Assembly: GCA_040768745.1 (NCBI GenBank) | Contig: JAXGMI010000001.1 | Span: 1,728,001-1,792,000, forward strand | Length of the DNA stretch: 64,000 bases | Reading direction: 5' to 3' | DNA from: Desulfomicrobium sp. | GTDB taxonomy: Bacteria > Desulfobacterota > Desulfovibrionia > Desulfovibrionales > Desulfomicrobiaceae | Shown here: positions 1 through 9,521 of the stretch, piece after piece | Numbering within the stretch: the first letter of the stretch is position 1 | Layout of the letters: every line of letters starts with the position of its first letter | Made by a program: the position numbers and the translations under genes | The notes under the pieces: model-generated | What the model was told of the DNA's origin: nothing | Database searches by the model: none | The model's input: only the letters and a program-made list of their open reading frames with translations

Positions 1-2306
1 AGCAGGAATTCGCTGCGCGTCACCGGCGTGACGTAGAGGTTGATGATCGAGCCGAGCTCTTTTTCGCGCACCACCGACAGGGCGCTGAGCATGGCCGATA
101 TCATGAGCAACAGAAGGGGGATGACCGCAGGCACCATGGCGTTCAGGCTCTTCACATCGGGGTTGTACCGGAAACGGGTTTCCACTGTGGCGGGGACCCT
201 CACCTCCTCCAGACCGAGGCGGGTCCTGACGATTTCTCCCAGCCAATCCTGGTGCATGCCCTGAACATACCCCCTGATCGTTTCCGCCCGCGAGGGCATG
301 GCCCCGTCGATCCAGGCACCGATCTGCACCCGGGTTCCGCGTTGCAGATCCCTTCCGAAGCCGGGGGGGATTTCCATGGCCAAGGAGAGCTCTCCGCTGC
401 GCATGCGCTGGTCGAGATCTGCATAGTCGAGGATGGGCGGCTTCTCGATGAAGTAGCGGGAGCCGGAGATGTTCAGGGCGTAGTTGCGGCTGAGCATGGT
501 CTGATCGCGGTCGAGGACGGCGTAGCGCAGGTCGTTGACGTCCATGGTGATGCCGTAGCCCATGATGAGCATCAGGATCAGGGTGCCGAAGGTGGCCATG
601 ACCAGACGCACCGGATCGCGCCCCAGTTCAAGGGTCTCGCGGAGCGTGTAGCTGAAGGCGCGAGAGAAACTGAACACAGGGCCGCGGGTGGGCGCGGGTT
701 TAGGAGCGATCGAAAGGGGCGGCACATTGTTTGACGTGGACGGCGGCTCAGGCCCGGTTTTGCCGTCGACGCCTGCCGCGTCCTGCAGATAGGCGATGAA
801 GGTGTCTTCGAGATTTTTTGCACCGCGATTGTGGACCAGGTCAGCCGGCGCGCCGCTGACCAGGACGCGGCCGGCGTGCATGAGGGAGATCCGGTCGCAG
901 CGTTCGGCCTCGTTCATGAAGTGGGTGGAGATGAAGATGGTCACCTTGTCGTTCCGCGACAGGTCGACGAGCAACTGCCAGAAGGCGTCCCTCGCCACGG
1001 GATCCACACCCGAGGTGGGTTCGTCAAGGATCAACATTTCCGGAGCGTGCACCATGGCGACGGCCAGGGACAGGCGCTGGCGCATGCCCAGGGGCAGGCT
1101 GCCCGGGAGCGCGCCGGGGACGGCTTCCAGGCCGAACCGGGCCAGCAGCTCCTGAACGCGGGCCGGTATCCTGGCCTCGGGCACGCCGAAAAGGCGCGCG
1201 TGCAGTACCAGGTTCTGTTCCACAGAAAGTTCCGTATACAGCGAGAAGGATTGGGACATGTAGCCCACGCGCCGTCTTGTGACGATGTCGCGGGCGTTCA
1301 CCGTATGTCCGAAAAGCTCCGCGTGGCCTTCATTGGGGGGCAGCAGCCCGGTGAGCATTTTCATGGTCGTGGTCTTGCCGCAGCCGTTGGAGCCGAGGAA
1401 ACCGAAGATTTCACCGCGCTGGATGCAAAAGCTGACGCGGTCCACGGCCGTGAAGTCGCCAAAGCGCAAGGTCAGGCCATGGGCTTCGATGGCGATGTCC
1501 GCTCCTCCGGTTCTGGGCGGAAGGATCACGGCCCTGTGTCCGCGTTTCTTCTCGTCCGGCAGAAGTTCGATGAAGGCCATTTCCAGTGTCTGCTGGCCGG
1601 TGCGCTGATGCAATTCCCGAGGGCTGCCCGTGGCCAGAATCCGCCCCGCATCCATGGCCACCAGCCAGTCGAAACGCTCAGCTTCATCCATGTAGGCCGT
1701 GGCCACCATCACGCTCATACCAGGGCGGTTCTCGCGAATACCGGCAATGAGGGACCAGAATTGGCTGCGCGCCAAGGGGTCCACTCCGGTGGTCGGTTCA
1801 TCCAGGATCAGCAGTTCCGGATCGTGGATGAGCGCGCAGCACAGTCCCAATTTCTGCTTCATGCCGCCCGAGAGCTTCCCGGCCGGGCGGTGGAGGAAGG
1901 GATACAGCCCAGTGGCCGTGGTCAGCTCGTCGATGCGCCTGCGGCGTTCATCTTTCCCGTGGCTGAAAAGGCGGCCGAAAAACTGCAGATTCTCCTCCAC
2001 CGACAGGGTCGGGTACAGATTCCTGCCCAATCCCTGCGGCATGTAGGCAATGAGCGGGCCAACCTGATTGCGGTGGTGACGGACCTGCATGTCGCCGTCC
2101 AGCACCGTAAGGCTTCCTGTCTGCACTGCGCGGGCACCGGAAACGAGTGCCAGCAGGCTCGACTTGCCGACACCGTCGGGGCCGATGAGACCGACCATGA
2201 GGCCGGCGGGCACTTCCAGGTCAACGGCGTCCAGGGCCACTGTCTTGCCATAGCGCAGGCTGATTCCGCCCAGCCGGACGATGGCGCGGCACCGGTCGGC
2301 TGTCAT
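1..2306 (-). CDS. rbbA: Ribosome-associated ATPase/ABC transporter (two ATPase domains plus ABC-2 membrane domain); runs off the window's left edge
   Basis: Manual translation from ATG at 2306 (ATGA overlap with the HlyD stop): [22 protein letters not shown]...GPDGVGKS...LSGGMKQK...[10 protein letters not shown]...GSNGCGKT...[10 protein letters not shown]...RYNPDVKS...[10 protein letters not shown]. Absent from the ORF track because there is no stop in the window. Confidence 0.9.
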   Translation of the reverse strand, partial: MTADRCRAIVRLGGISLRYGKTVALDAVDLEVPAGLMVGLIGPDGVGKSSLLALVSGARAVQTGSLTVLDGDMQVRHHRNQVGPLIAYMPQGLGRNLYPTLSVEENLQFFGRLFSHGKDERRRRIDELTTATGLYPFLHRPAGKLSGGMKQKLGLCCALIHDPELLILDEPTTGVDPLARSQFWSLIAGIRENRPGMSVMVATAYMDEAERFDWLVAMDAGRILATGSPRELHQRTGQQTLEMAFIELLPDEKKRGHRAVILPPRTGGADIAIEAHGLTLRFGDFTAVDRVSFCIQRGEIFGFLGSNGCGKTTTMKMLTGLLPPNEGHAELFGHTVNARDIVTRRRVGYMSQSFSLYTELSVEQNLVLHARLFGVPEARIPARVQELLARFGLEAVPGALPGSLPLGMRQRLSLAVAMVHAPEMLILDEPTSGVDPVARDAFWQLLVDLSRNDKVTIFISTHFMNEAERCDRISLMHAGRVLVSGAPADLVHNRGAKNLEDTFIAYLQDAAGVDGKTGPEPPSTSNNVPPLSIAPKPAPTRGPVFSFSRAFSYTLRETLELGRDPVRLVMATFGTLILMLIMGYGITMDVNDLRYAVLDRDQTMLSRNYALNISGSRYFIEKPPILDYADLDQRMRSGELSLAMEIPPGFGRDLQRGTRVQIGAWIDGAMPSRAETIRGYVQGMHQDWLGEIVRTRLGLEEVRVPATVETRFRYNPDVKSLNAMVPAVIPLLLLMISAMLSALSVVREKELGSIINLYVTPVTRSEFL

Positions 2307-3376
2307 GGGGAGACCTGCAGGGCCATGGACGCAGGCCACTCAGCCTGGGGATCCAGTTTCAGCCAGGCCACGCCGGGAAGGCCTGTCTTGACCTGTTTCA
2401 GATGTTTTTTGAGCAGATCCTCGTCGATGCGGGCCTTGACCCGGAACATGAGCTTCTGACGCTCGCTCGCAGTCTCCACGGTCTTGGGCGTGAACTGTGC
2501 GACGCTTGCGACAAAGGAGACCCTGGCGGGAATGACATAGTTCGGTGCGGCGTCGAGGATGATGCGCACCTCGCTGTTCAGGGCCACCCGGCCGGCCACT
2601 GTCTCCGGCAGGAAAAAAGTCATGTACACGTCGTTCAGGTCCACCACGTTGAGCACCTTGCCGCCGGCCCCGACCACCTCTCCGGGCTGGACAATGCGAT
2701 ACTGCACCCGACCGTTGCGCGGGGCCCGCAAAATACCCTCCTCCAGTTCCGTCTTCAACCGTGCGGCCACTGCCTCCATGGCCGCGATACCTGCGTCAGC
2801 CTGTTCGACCTGAGCCCGGGCGGCGTCCACGGCGGCTTCAGAGGCAGTAATCTTGGCGCGGGCTACGGTCACGGTAGCCCCGGCGCTGCGCACGCGGGCG
2901 GCATTGTCGTCGGCATCCTGGGCTGAGGCCACGCCGCGTTTGTACAGGGTCTGAATACGTGCGTTGGTTTTTTTCGCCACTTCCAGCTCGGCCTGGCTTT
3001 GCACCAATTGTGCCTTTGCCGTGGCGACGTCGGCCTCCCGCTGTGCAACAGTGGCCAGGGCCGTGCTTTTGGCGCTTTTGGCGTTGGCCACCTCGGCCAG
3101 GGCCTGATTGAGCTGGGCGGCAACGGTCTCTGTATCCATCCGGGCGACCATATCACCCTGCAGTACGAAATCCCCTTCGTTGACCAGAATGTCCTCGACC
3201 CGGCCGGAACCTTTGGCCGAGACGTCGATTTCAGTGGCCTCGATGCGGCCATTGCCCTGAACGAAGCTGCCTTCGTCGGCCTTGGGCCTGAAAAAGCGCC
3301 ACCACATCCCGAATGCGGCGAGGGCGAGCACCGCAAGGACGGCCCAGAGGAGAACTTTTTTTGATCCGGGGTTCAC
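2303..3376 (-). CDS. HlyD-family efflux periplasmic adaptor (YhiI-like)
   Basis: N-terminal [11 protein letters not shown], coiled coil, FTPKTVET...QKLMFRVKA; directly upstream of rbbA. Confidence 0.9.
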   Translation of the reverse strand: MNPGSKKVLLWAVLAVLALAAFGMWWRFFRPKADEGSFVQGNGRIEATEIDVSAKGSGRVEDILVNEGDFVLQGDMVARMDTETVAAQLNQALAEVANAKSAKSTALATVAQREADVATAKAQLVQSQAELEVAKKTNARIQTLYKRGVASAQDADDNAARVRSAGATVTVARAKITASEAAVDAARAQVEQADAGIAAMEAVAARLKTELEEGILRAPRNGRVQYRIVQPGEVVGAGGKVLNVVDLNDVYMTFFLPETVAGRVALNSEVRIILDAAPNYVIPARVSFVASVAQFTPKTVETASERQKLMFRVKARIDEDLLKKHLKQVKTGLPGVAWLKLDPQAEWPASMALQVSP

Positions 3377-3411
3377 GGGAGTTCCTTATGCTTGAATCGG
3401 AGAGCTGCGCG

Positions 3412-4197
3412 TTATGGGTTTTGGGATACACCACCCGCCACGAAGCCGCGCATGGAGACGGATCCCAGGGTCACCTGGGTATTGAAAAAGGCGACCGGCT
3501 CGTTCGGGTACATGGCGCCCAGGACATAGAGGAGGGGAAGGTAGTGTTTTTCCGACGGGATGGCCTTCCGGGCGTGGGGGATCGCTGCGTAGGCGGTCAG
3601 GGCTGCGTGATTGCCGTCCTGGATCAGTCTGGCCATGGCCGCGTCGCATTCCACTGCCCAGTCGAACCCGTGGCGCGTCCAGGTCATAAGCCGGAGGTTG
3701 TGGACCATGTTGCCGCTGCCGAGGACAAGGACACCTTCCTGCCGCAAAGGGCGCAGTTCGCGGCCCAGTTTGTAGTGAAACATAGCCGGTGCGCCCGCGT
3801 CAAGACTGACCTGCACCACGGGGATGTCCGCCTCCGGAAACATGCGGCAGAGAACGGACCATGCCCCGTGGTCGAGTCCCCACATGCGGTCAGGGCGGAT
3901 CCGTGCCGAACGCACCAGTTCCGTGATGCGGTTGGCCAGGTCCGGCGAGCCTGACGCAGGGTATGCCATCTCGTTCAACTGTTGTGGAAATCCATGGAAA
4001 TCGTGAATTGTCGGGGGTGATTCCATGGCGGTCACGCAGGTTCCGTCTGTTTCCCAGTGAGCGGAAACGCAAACAATGGCCCTGGGTCGCGGCAGGGATT
4101 TCCCCACCTCCGCCCAGGTCCGGCTGAAGGCGTTGTCTTCAATGGCGTTCATGGGATTGCCATGGCCTGCGAACAGGATGGGCATGATTATGGTCAT
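3412..4197 (-). CDS. ygiD: 4,5-DOPA extradiol dioxygenase (LigB/YgiD family)
   Basis: GHGNPMNA, SAHW, IHDFHGFP, GLDHGAW, GSGNMVHNL and HYLPL motifs. Confidence 0.85.
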   Translation of the reverse strand: MTIIMPILFAGHGNPMNAIEDNAFSRTWAEVGKSLPRPRAIVCVSAHWETDGTCVTAMESPPTIHDFHGFPQQLNEMAYPASGSPDLANRITELVRSARIRPDRMWGLDHGAWSVLCRMFPEADIPVVQVSLDAGAPAMFHYKLGRELRPLRQEGVLVLGSGNMVHNLRLMTWTRHGFDWAVECDAAMARLIQDGNHAALTAYAAIPHARKAIPSEKHYLPLLYVLGAMYPNEPVAFFNTQVTLGSVSMRGFVAGGVSQNP

Positions 4198-4204
4198 GGC
4201 TGCC

Positions 4205-5065
4205 TCACGAGTTGCGGGTTACGAAGACACGGGTCCAGGACAGGGTCAGGGCAATGGCGAAAAGGGCGGCCACGATGCCCAGAGCCACGTCGAGCATGGG
4301 CGGTGCGGCCAGGGCCAGCCGAATGAAAAGAGTGGACAGGGCATACCCCGAGTTGCGGAACACGGCATGGAAGGAAGGACGGAAACACTGGGAAATGAGG
4401 ACCACCAGAATATCCGTGAAAATGAGCAGGGTATAGAAGACCGGAAAAAAATCCAGATGCGGCAGGCCGCGTGTCATGGCATGGAGATTGTCCAGCCCCA
4501 GGATGACAAATGTGGCAAGGAGGATCAGAGCAATACCTTTCTTGGCCGCCACGAAGCGGAAGAGGTCATGGGGCAGACCCATGTCCTGTTTCCTGTCGGG
4601 TTGAATGCGGTAATAGATCCCGAGCAGGGTGAAGATGGCCAGGGCACCGAAGCCGTAACCCAGGATGTGCATGACAGGGGTCAGATTCGCGTCCACGGTG
4701 ATCGGTTCGGCAAAGGCGGAAAGCTCCTTGAAGGAGTCCCGCAGGAGGATCAGGGACAGGATCTCGAACTGCTTGCCCACGGATTTGGAAAATGAGCAGG
4801 GCAGGGTGAAGATCAGGCTGATGACCTCCAGGACAAGGACCAGGGTGAAGGCCAAGTTGACGGCGTGGAAATGGTTGACCGGTGTGTACGGGACCAGGGC
4901 GGCGGGCAACAATCCGCGCCGGTTGAGTTCGATGCCGGCCAGGGAGGCCAGAAAGACGAAGATGATCGCCAGGGCCAGGCGCCGGAGCATGCGCTCGTGC
5001 TCCCAGAAGTGATGCAAAGGGTCGAAGATGTAGGTGACGCGTTCGAAGAGGGCATCCATGGGCAT
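4205..5065 (-). CDS. Multi-pass membrane protein of unknown function
   Basis: About 7-8 hydrophobic segments; GGAG precedes ATG 5065 (ORF track start 5077). Confidence 0.75.
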   Translation of the reverse strand: MPMDALFERVTYIFDPLHHFWEHERMLRRLALAIIFVFLASLAGIELNRRGLLPAALVPYTPVNHFHAVNLAFTLVLVLEVISLIFTLPCSFSKSVGKQFEILSLILLRDSFKELSAFAEPITVDANLTPVMHILGYGFGALAIFTLLGIYYRIQPDRKQDMGLPHDLFRFVAAKKGIALILLATFVILGLDNLHAMTRGLPHLDFFPVFYTLLIFTDILVVLISQCFRPSFHAVFRNSGYALSTLFIRLALAAPPMLDVALGIVAALFAIALTLSWTRVFVTRNS

Positions 5066-5091
5066 GGGGCTCCGCAATGTCGGGAAAAGGT

Positions 5092-5673
5092 TCAGAGATA
5101 TCTGGAAGTGATGGCTTCCACCTTGGCCAGATAGGATTTGCGTGTTTCATCCGTGGATGAGACCAGGCCTCCGAAAAAGGCGTGGTGGAGCACTTCCATC
5201 CCGCAGAGTTCGAAGATGCCGGTGTTCGTGGTCAGACCCATGGCCTCGTGCATGCCCTGGGCCGAGTACAACGCGCTGGGCGCGCCCGTGGTGTTGAATA
5301 TCAGCACCTTTTTCCCGGTCAACAGTCCCTCGACTTTGTCGCCGTGCACTGCAAAGGCGAAATTCCGGCAAAAAACCCGCTCGATGTAGCCTTTGAGCAT
5401 GGCCGGCATCCCGGCCCACCAGATCGGATAGACAAAGGTGAGCACATCGGACCAGTCGATGAAATCCTGCTCCTGCAGAACGTCTGGCCGCGGAATGGTC
5501 CCTGGAGGGGTTTCGAACTCCTCTTTGCGCAGTATTGGATCGAATTCCATCTTGTAGAGGTCCCGGAGCAGGGTGTCGTGTCCCAAGGCGTGGGACACGG
5601 CCTGCACCGTGTCGGCAATGGCCCGGTTGAAGCTGCTGGGACTGGGATGGCAGAAGATGACGAGATGGTTCAT
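5092..5673 (-). CDS. NAD(P)H-dependent oxidoreductase, flavodoxin-like fold (KefF/MdaB-type)
   Basis: HPSPSSFN, RDLY, YPIWWAGMPAMLKGYIERVF and TTG motifs. Confidence 0.85.
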   Translation of the reverse strand: MNHLVIFCHPSPSSFNRAIADTVQAVSHALGHDTLLRDLYKMEFDPILRKEEFETPPGTIPRPDVLQEQDFIDWSDVLTFVYPIWWAGMPAMLKGYIERVFCRNFAFAVHGDKVEGLLTGKKVLIFNTTGAPSALYSAQGMHEAMGLTTNTGIFELCGMEVLHHAFFGGLVSSTDETRKSYLAKVEAITSRYL

Positions 5674-5814
5674 GGCCCCCTCCCGGTTGTGGACCTGTTC
5701 CGCCGGGGAATGGCGTCACCGCCTGACCTCCGGTCCGGTCCATGATTGCGGATTTTATATGAGAGTACGCCATGGCCGGGGTTTTTTGAAGCGGAATTTG
5801 GAAAGTTCAGGAAA

Positions 5815-6051
5815 TCAGGTATCCGCCCCGGCCCGGCGGAGAAGATCAAGAACCAGCCCGGGATCGGGTATCCGTCTGGTTTCGGACTTGGAGTAGATGA
5901 TCTGGCCGTTGGCTTGGATTTGGAAAACCCCTTTGGCTCCCTGCTCCAGGGTAGGGGTGAATCCCAGTTCGGATTGGATGCGTTCCGCAAGACTTGCGGC
6001 GCGTTGGGCATAGCCCGCTCACATGCCGCAATAGAGGATGTGGATGCCCAT
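5815..6051 (-). CDS. SelW/SelT/SelH-like (Rdx family) selenoprotein, 78 aa, Sec at codon 11 (TGA 6021-6019)
   Basis: MGIHILYCGM-U-AGYAQRAASLAERIQSELGFTPTLEQGAKGVFQIQANGQIIYSKSETRRIPDPGLVLDLLRRAGADT*. CxxU plus G.F.I..NG..IYSK Rdx signatures; AGGAG upstream; alternative in-frame ATG at 6063. Confidence 0.88.
5980..6002 (-). promoter_or_regulatory. Putative bacterial SECIS hairpin downstream of the UGA
   Basis: Minus strand GCG-CCGCAA-GTC-TTGCGG-AA-CGC; the core stem begins 19 nt after the UGA and has a GU in the apical loop. Confidence 0.7.
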
Positions 6052-6073
6052 GTCTCCTGTCATTCTGCGGATG

Positions 6074-6373
6074 TTATTGCTGGAAGTATTCGGTGTTCTT
6101 GAGCATTCCGCCCTCAAAGGTCAGGACGTAGTAGCCGTTGCCGATCTTGTAGGTCATCTCCGTGATGTACAGCATGCGCTCCTCGGACCTGTCCTGTGAG
6201 CGGACCTTGATTTCCCCGACGCGGTCCTCGCTGAGGGGGACGCCGCACTTGGCGCGCACCTTGGAGATGATGGTCCCCGGGGTCATGAGGTCACCCTGAC
6301 AGCGCAGGTCTGCAGCCAGGGACGGCGTGGCCAGGCAGAGGAGAAACAGGAGGGGGAAAAAACAGGTGCGCAT
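6074..6373 (-). CDS. Exported small protein, DUF2845-like
   Basis: Signal peptide (MRTCFFPLLFLLCLATPSLAA), LRC..D....G....V..KCG.P, C-terminal LTFEGG; GGAGG RBS. Confidence 0.75.
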   Translation of the reverse strand: MRTCFFPLLFLLCLATPSLAADLRCQGDLMTPGTIISKVRAKCGVPLSEDRVGEIKVRSQDRSEERMLYITEMTYKIGNGYYVLTFEGGMLKNTEYFQQ

Positions 6374-6443
6374 TGGCGGGCCTCCGGGTAGTGGTGATGC
6401 GGTATGCCACGTGTTGATGTAATCTTTCGCGCAGAGGGAGTCC

Positions 6444-7856
6444 ATGAGATACCGGGTGGAAAAAGACAGCCTGGGTGAACGCAACGTTCCGGCAGAGGCC
6501 TATTATGGGGTGCAAACCGTGCGGGCCATGGAAAATTTTCAGGTCACCGGCATCGCCATTGCCCATTATCCCCTGCACATCAGGGCTCTGGCCTGTATCA
6601 AGCAGGCGGCGGCCCTGGCCAATATGGAGCTTGGTCTGATGGAGCCCGAGCTTGCCCACGCCATCATGCAGGCCTGCAGAGATGTCAGGGACGGCAGGTT
6701 CAATGATCAGTTCGTGGTGGACGTGATCCAGGGTGGGGCCGGAACGTCGGTCAACATGAACGCCAACGAGGTCATCGCCAACCGCGCTCTGGAGCTCCTG
6801 GGCCGGGCCAAGGGTCAGTACGGCTTCTGCCACCCGAACAACCATGTCAATCTCTCCCAGTCCACCAACGACGTCTACCCGACGTCTCTGCGCATCACCG
6901 CGGTTTGGAAGATCACGGAAGTCGTGCGCTGCATGCAGGATCTGGTCGATGCCCTGGAGACTAAGGGTGAGGAGTTCGCCGATGTCATCAAGATGGGGCG
7001 TACGCAGCTGCAGGATGCCGTGCCCATGACCCTGGGTCAGGAATTTGCGGCCTGGGCCGTGACCGTGGGGGAGGACATTCAGCGCCTGCAGGAGTGCCGG
7101 ACCCTTCTGATGGAGATCAACATGGGCGCCACGGCCATCGGCACGGGCATCAACACGGTTCCGGCCTATGCCGGATTCGTCTGCGAGAAATTGGCTCAGA
7201 TTACCAAGCTGCCTCTGGTCAAGTCGCCCAATCTGGTGGAGGCCACCTCGGACACCGGCGCCTTCGTGCAGCTCTCCGGCGTGTTCAAGCGCGTGGCCGT
7301 GAAGCTGTCCAAGATCTGCAACGACCTGCGCCTGTTGTCCTCGGGACCGCTGGCCGGACTGGGAGAAATCAACCTGCCGCCCATGCAGCCCGGTTCGTCC
7401 ATCATGCCCGGCAAGGTCAATCCGGTCATTCCGGAGATGGTCAACCAGGTCTGCTACCAGGCCATCGGCAACGACCTGACCGTGACCATGGCCGCCGAAG
7501 CCGGACAGCTCGAACTCAATGTCTTCGAGCCCATCATCGCCTTCAACCTCTTCCAGACCATGGACATGCTCCTGCGGGCCATGCGCATCCTGAAGGATCG
7601 CTGCATCGCCGGTATCACCGCCAATCGCGAGCGGTGCGCGCAGATGGTGCGGCAGTCCGCGGGTATCGTGACCGTGCTCGTGCCCTATCTCGGGTACGAC
7701 GAGGCGGCGGGCATCGCCAAGGAGGCGGCTTCGACGGGCAAGACGGTTTACGATCTGGTGCTGGAAAAAGGAAGGATGACCAGGGAGGAACTGGAGGATG
7801 CCCTCGATCCCATGAAGATGACCCACCCGAGGATGGTGCGCTACAGAAAGGGATGA
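6444..7856 (+). CDS. aspA: Aspartate ammonia-lyase
   Basis: QGGAGTSVNMNANEV, STND, KMGRTQLQDA, GSSIMPGKVNP fumarase/aspartase signature. Confidence 0.93.
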   Translation: MRYRVEKDSLGERNVPAEAYYGVQTVRAMENFQVTGIAIAHYPLHIRALACIKQAAALANMELGLMEPELAHAIMQACRDVRDGRFNDQFVVDVIQGGAGTSVNMNANEVIANRALELLGRAKGQYGFCHPNNHVNLSQSTNDVYPTSLRITAVWKITEVVRCMQDLVDALETKGEEFADVIKMGRTQLQDAVPMTLGQEFAAWAVTVGEDIQRLQECRTLLMEINMGATAIGTGINTVPAYAGFVCEKLAQITKLPLVKSPNLVEATSDTGAFVQLSGVFKRVAVKLSKICNDLRLLSSGPLAGLGEINLPPMQPGSSIMPGKVNPVIPEMVNQVCYQAIGNDLTVTMAAEAGQLELNVFEPIIAFNLFQTMDMLLRAMRILKDRCIAGITANRERCAQMVRQSAGIVTVLVPYLGYDEAAGIAKEAASTGKTVYDLVLEKGRMTREELEDALDPMKMTHPRMVRYRKG

Positions 7857-7949
7857 GGTTTTGCCGCCTGCAGGGGTCGAGGACCCGCGACCCTGACGTC
7901 GCGAGAGCGACTTGACGAACGCGTCAAGACAGGCCAATCTCACGACATC

Positions 7950-8450
7950 ATGTTAGGCATTGTCGTCAGTGAGGCCAGTCGGTACCTGCGCGCGGCCCCT
8001 TTTCCGCACCTGACCACGGTCAAGGTATCAAGTCTGGCCATGGTTGCCGGGGCCGAAGCCCGCTTGGTCCTGGCCCAGCCAGAAATGTCCTGGCTCGGCT
8101 GGCTCTGGCTGGCGCTGACCGGGCTTTTTGCCTGGGGCGTGGTTTTGTGCCAGGCCGATGCCCTGTCCCGCTACCGGGAGTTCCAGCGCGTGCGGCGCAT
8201 GCTGTCCCGACACGGGTTCTGCCCGCGCATCTTCAGGCTGGTGGCGTCATCCCGCTGCCAGCGCGATGCGGCCCTGCTGGCCGCCCGCGAAACCGGCTGC
8301 CGGGCCCAGGCCAAGCGGGTTTTCCGCGAACTGGGCTACCGCTGGTACCACATCCTGCCCGATGCCATTGTCGCCAATCCGCTCTGCTTCTTTCACCCGC
8401 GTTTTCTGCGTTCGACCTTTATCCCGGGCAAGGGCGCCAAGCACTTTTGA
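7950..8450 (+). CDS. Hypothetical membrane protein
   Basis: 166-aa ORF with a hydrophobic segment, then DALSRYREF, SRCQR and GYRWYHILPD; fills the gap between genes. Confidence 0.65.
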   Translation: MLGIVVSEASRYLRAAPFPHLTTVKVSSLAMVAGAEARLVLAQPEMSWLGWLWLALTGLFAWGVVLCQADALSRYREFQRVRRMLSRHGFCPRIFRLVASSRCQRDAALLAARETGCRAQAKRVFRELGYRWYHILPDAIVANPLCFFHPRFLRSTFIPGKGAKHF

Positions 8451-8542
8451 GCGCTTTGGTCAGCGGGAGAGACATGAAAAGCGCTTGATTGGCGCTTTTG
8501 GTGTTGGGCCGTGAGTCTGGATGCTTTTGTCTGGCCGGATCT

Positions 8543-8908
8543 TCAGAACTGCCCGGTCCGCAGCAGGACCAGGGTACAGGCGTGCTGCCAGGGGATGCCG
8601 GCGTGGGTCAAGGCCTGTTCCAGTTCCGGGGATTCCGTGCCTGGATTGAGGATGACCCGGCCGGGCTTCAGGGCGATGATCGCGTCTTGGAGTTGGGCGC
8701 TGCGCTCCGGGCCGACATATACGGTCAGGGTGTCCACTGTCCGGTCGATATCTGCCAGGCTCGGGGCCACGGGCAGGTCTTCGATGTCCTTGCGGCCGGG
8801 CGTGACCGGGATTACCTGGTGCCCATACTCTCTCAGCATGCGCACGGCTTGGTTGGAATAGCGTTCGGGCTTGTGGCTGGCTCCGAGCACGGCGACGGTC
8901 TGGCTCAT
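8543..8908 (-). CDS. CoA-binding protein (YccU-like)
   Basis: VAVLGASHKPERYS, VDTLTVYVGP, NPGTE, ACTLV. Confidence 0.88.
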   Translation of the reverse strand: MSQTVAVLGASHKPERYSNQAVRMLREYGHQVIPVTPGRKDIEDLPVAPSLADIDRTVDTLTVYVGPERSAQLQDAIIALKPGRVILNPGTESPELEQALTHAGIPWQHACTLVLLRTGQF

Positions 8909-8928
8909 GGTGACTCCGGCGGGGTCTG

Positions 8929-9471
8929 CTAGGGCTTGCGGCTGACCAGGACCTTGGCCGGGCGCAGCAGACGATCCTTGAGTATGTACCCTTTTTGCAG
9001 CATCTGGCAGACAGTGTTCTCGTCCAGGTCAGGGCGCTCCACCTGGCTCATGGCCTCGTGTCTGGTCGGGTCGAAAGGCACCTCGATTTCCGCGATCTGC
9101 TCCAGACCGTGTTTTTTCATGGTGTCCAGAAAGATCTTCATGGTCATTTCCACGCCCGCAACCAGATCCTTGCAGGCGTCGTTCTGCCTGCCGTGGGACA
9201 AGGCCAGATCCAGGTTGTCCATGACCGGGATGATCTCCTCCAGAATGGCGGAAGTGGCGAACTTGAAGTATTCCTCTTTCTCCCGCAGCAGGCGTTTCTT
9301 GAAGTTCTCGCCGTCGGCCAGGACACGCAGGTTCTCCTTTTTTAGTTCGTCCATATCAGCCAGTACCTGGACGTACTTCTCCTCCAGTGTGGGCTCCGGG
9401 GTTTCCTCCACCATGGGGATTTCGGCGTTCAATTCCTCCGGGGCCGTGGCCACGTTTTCCTTGTTGGGCAT
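8929..9471 (-). CDS. grpE: Nucleotide exchange factor GrpE
   Basis: LRVLADGENFKKR, FDPTRHEAM, QKGYILKDRLLRPAKV; AGGAG before ATG 9471. Confidence 0.93.
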   Translation of the reverse strand: MPNKENVATAPEELNAEIPMVEETPEPTLEEKYVQVLADMDELKKENLRVLADGENFKKRLLREKEEYFKFATSAILEEIIPVMDNLDLALSHGRQNDACKDLVAGVEMTMKIFLDTMKKHGLEQIAEIEVPFDPTRHEAMSQVERPDLDENTVCQMLQKGYILKDRLLRPAKVLVSRKP

Positions 9472-9521
9472 GAAAAACTCCTGATCTTTCAGATATTTGA
9501 AAAACCGCTTCACAGTTTTAC

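Noticed and set aside
831..2459. 542-aa plus-strand ORF
   Set aside because: Antisense shadow of rbbA; no recognisable motifs, typical of high-GC codon bias.
5670..6102. ORF-track calls 5670-6011(-), 5746-6102(+) and 5846-6031(-)
   Set aside because: Alternative frames or antisense of the SelW-like gene, which explains the region with family motifs.
6291..7943. 550-aa minus-strand ORF
   Set aside because: Antisense shadow of aspA.
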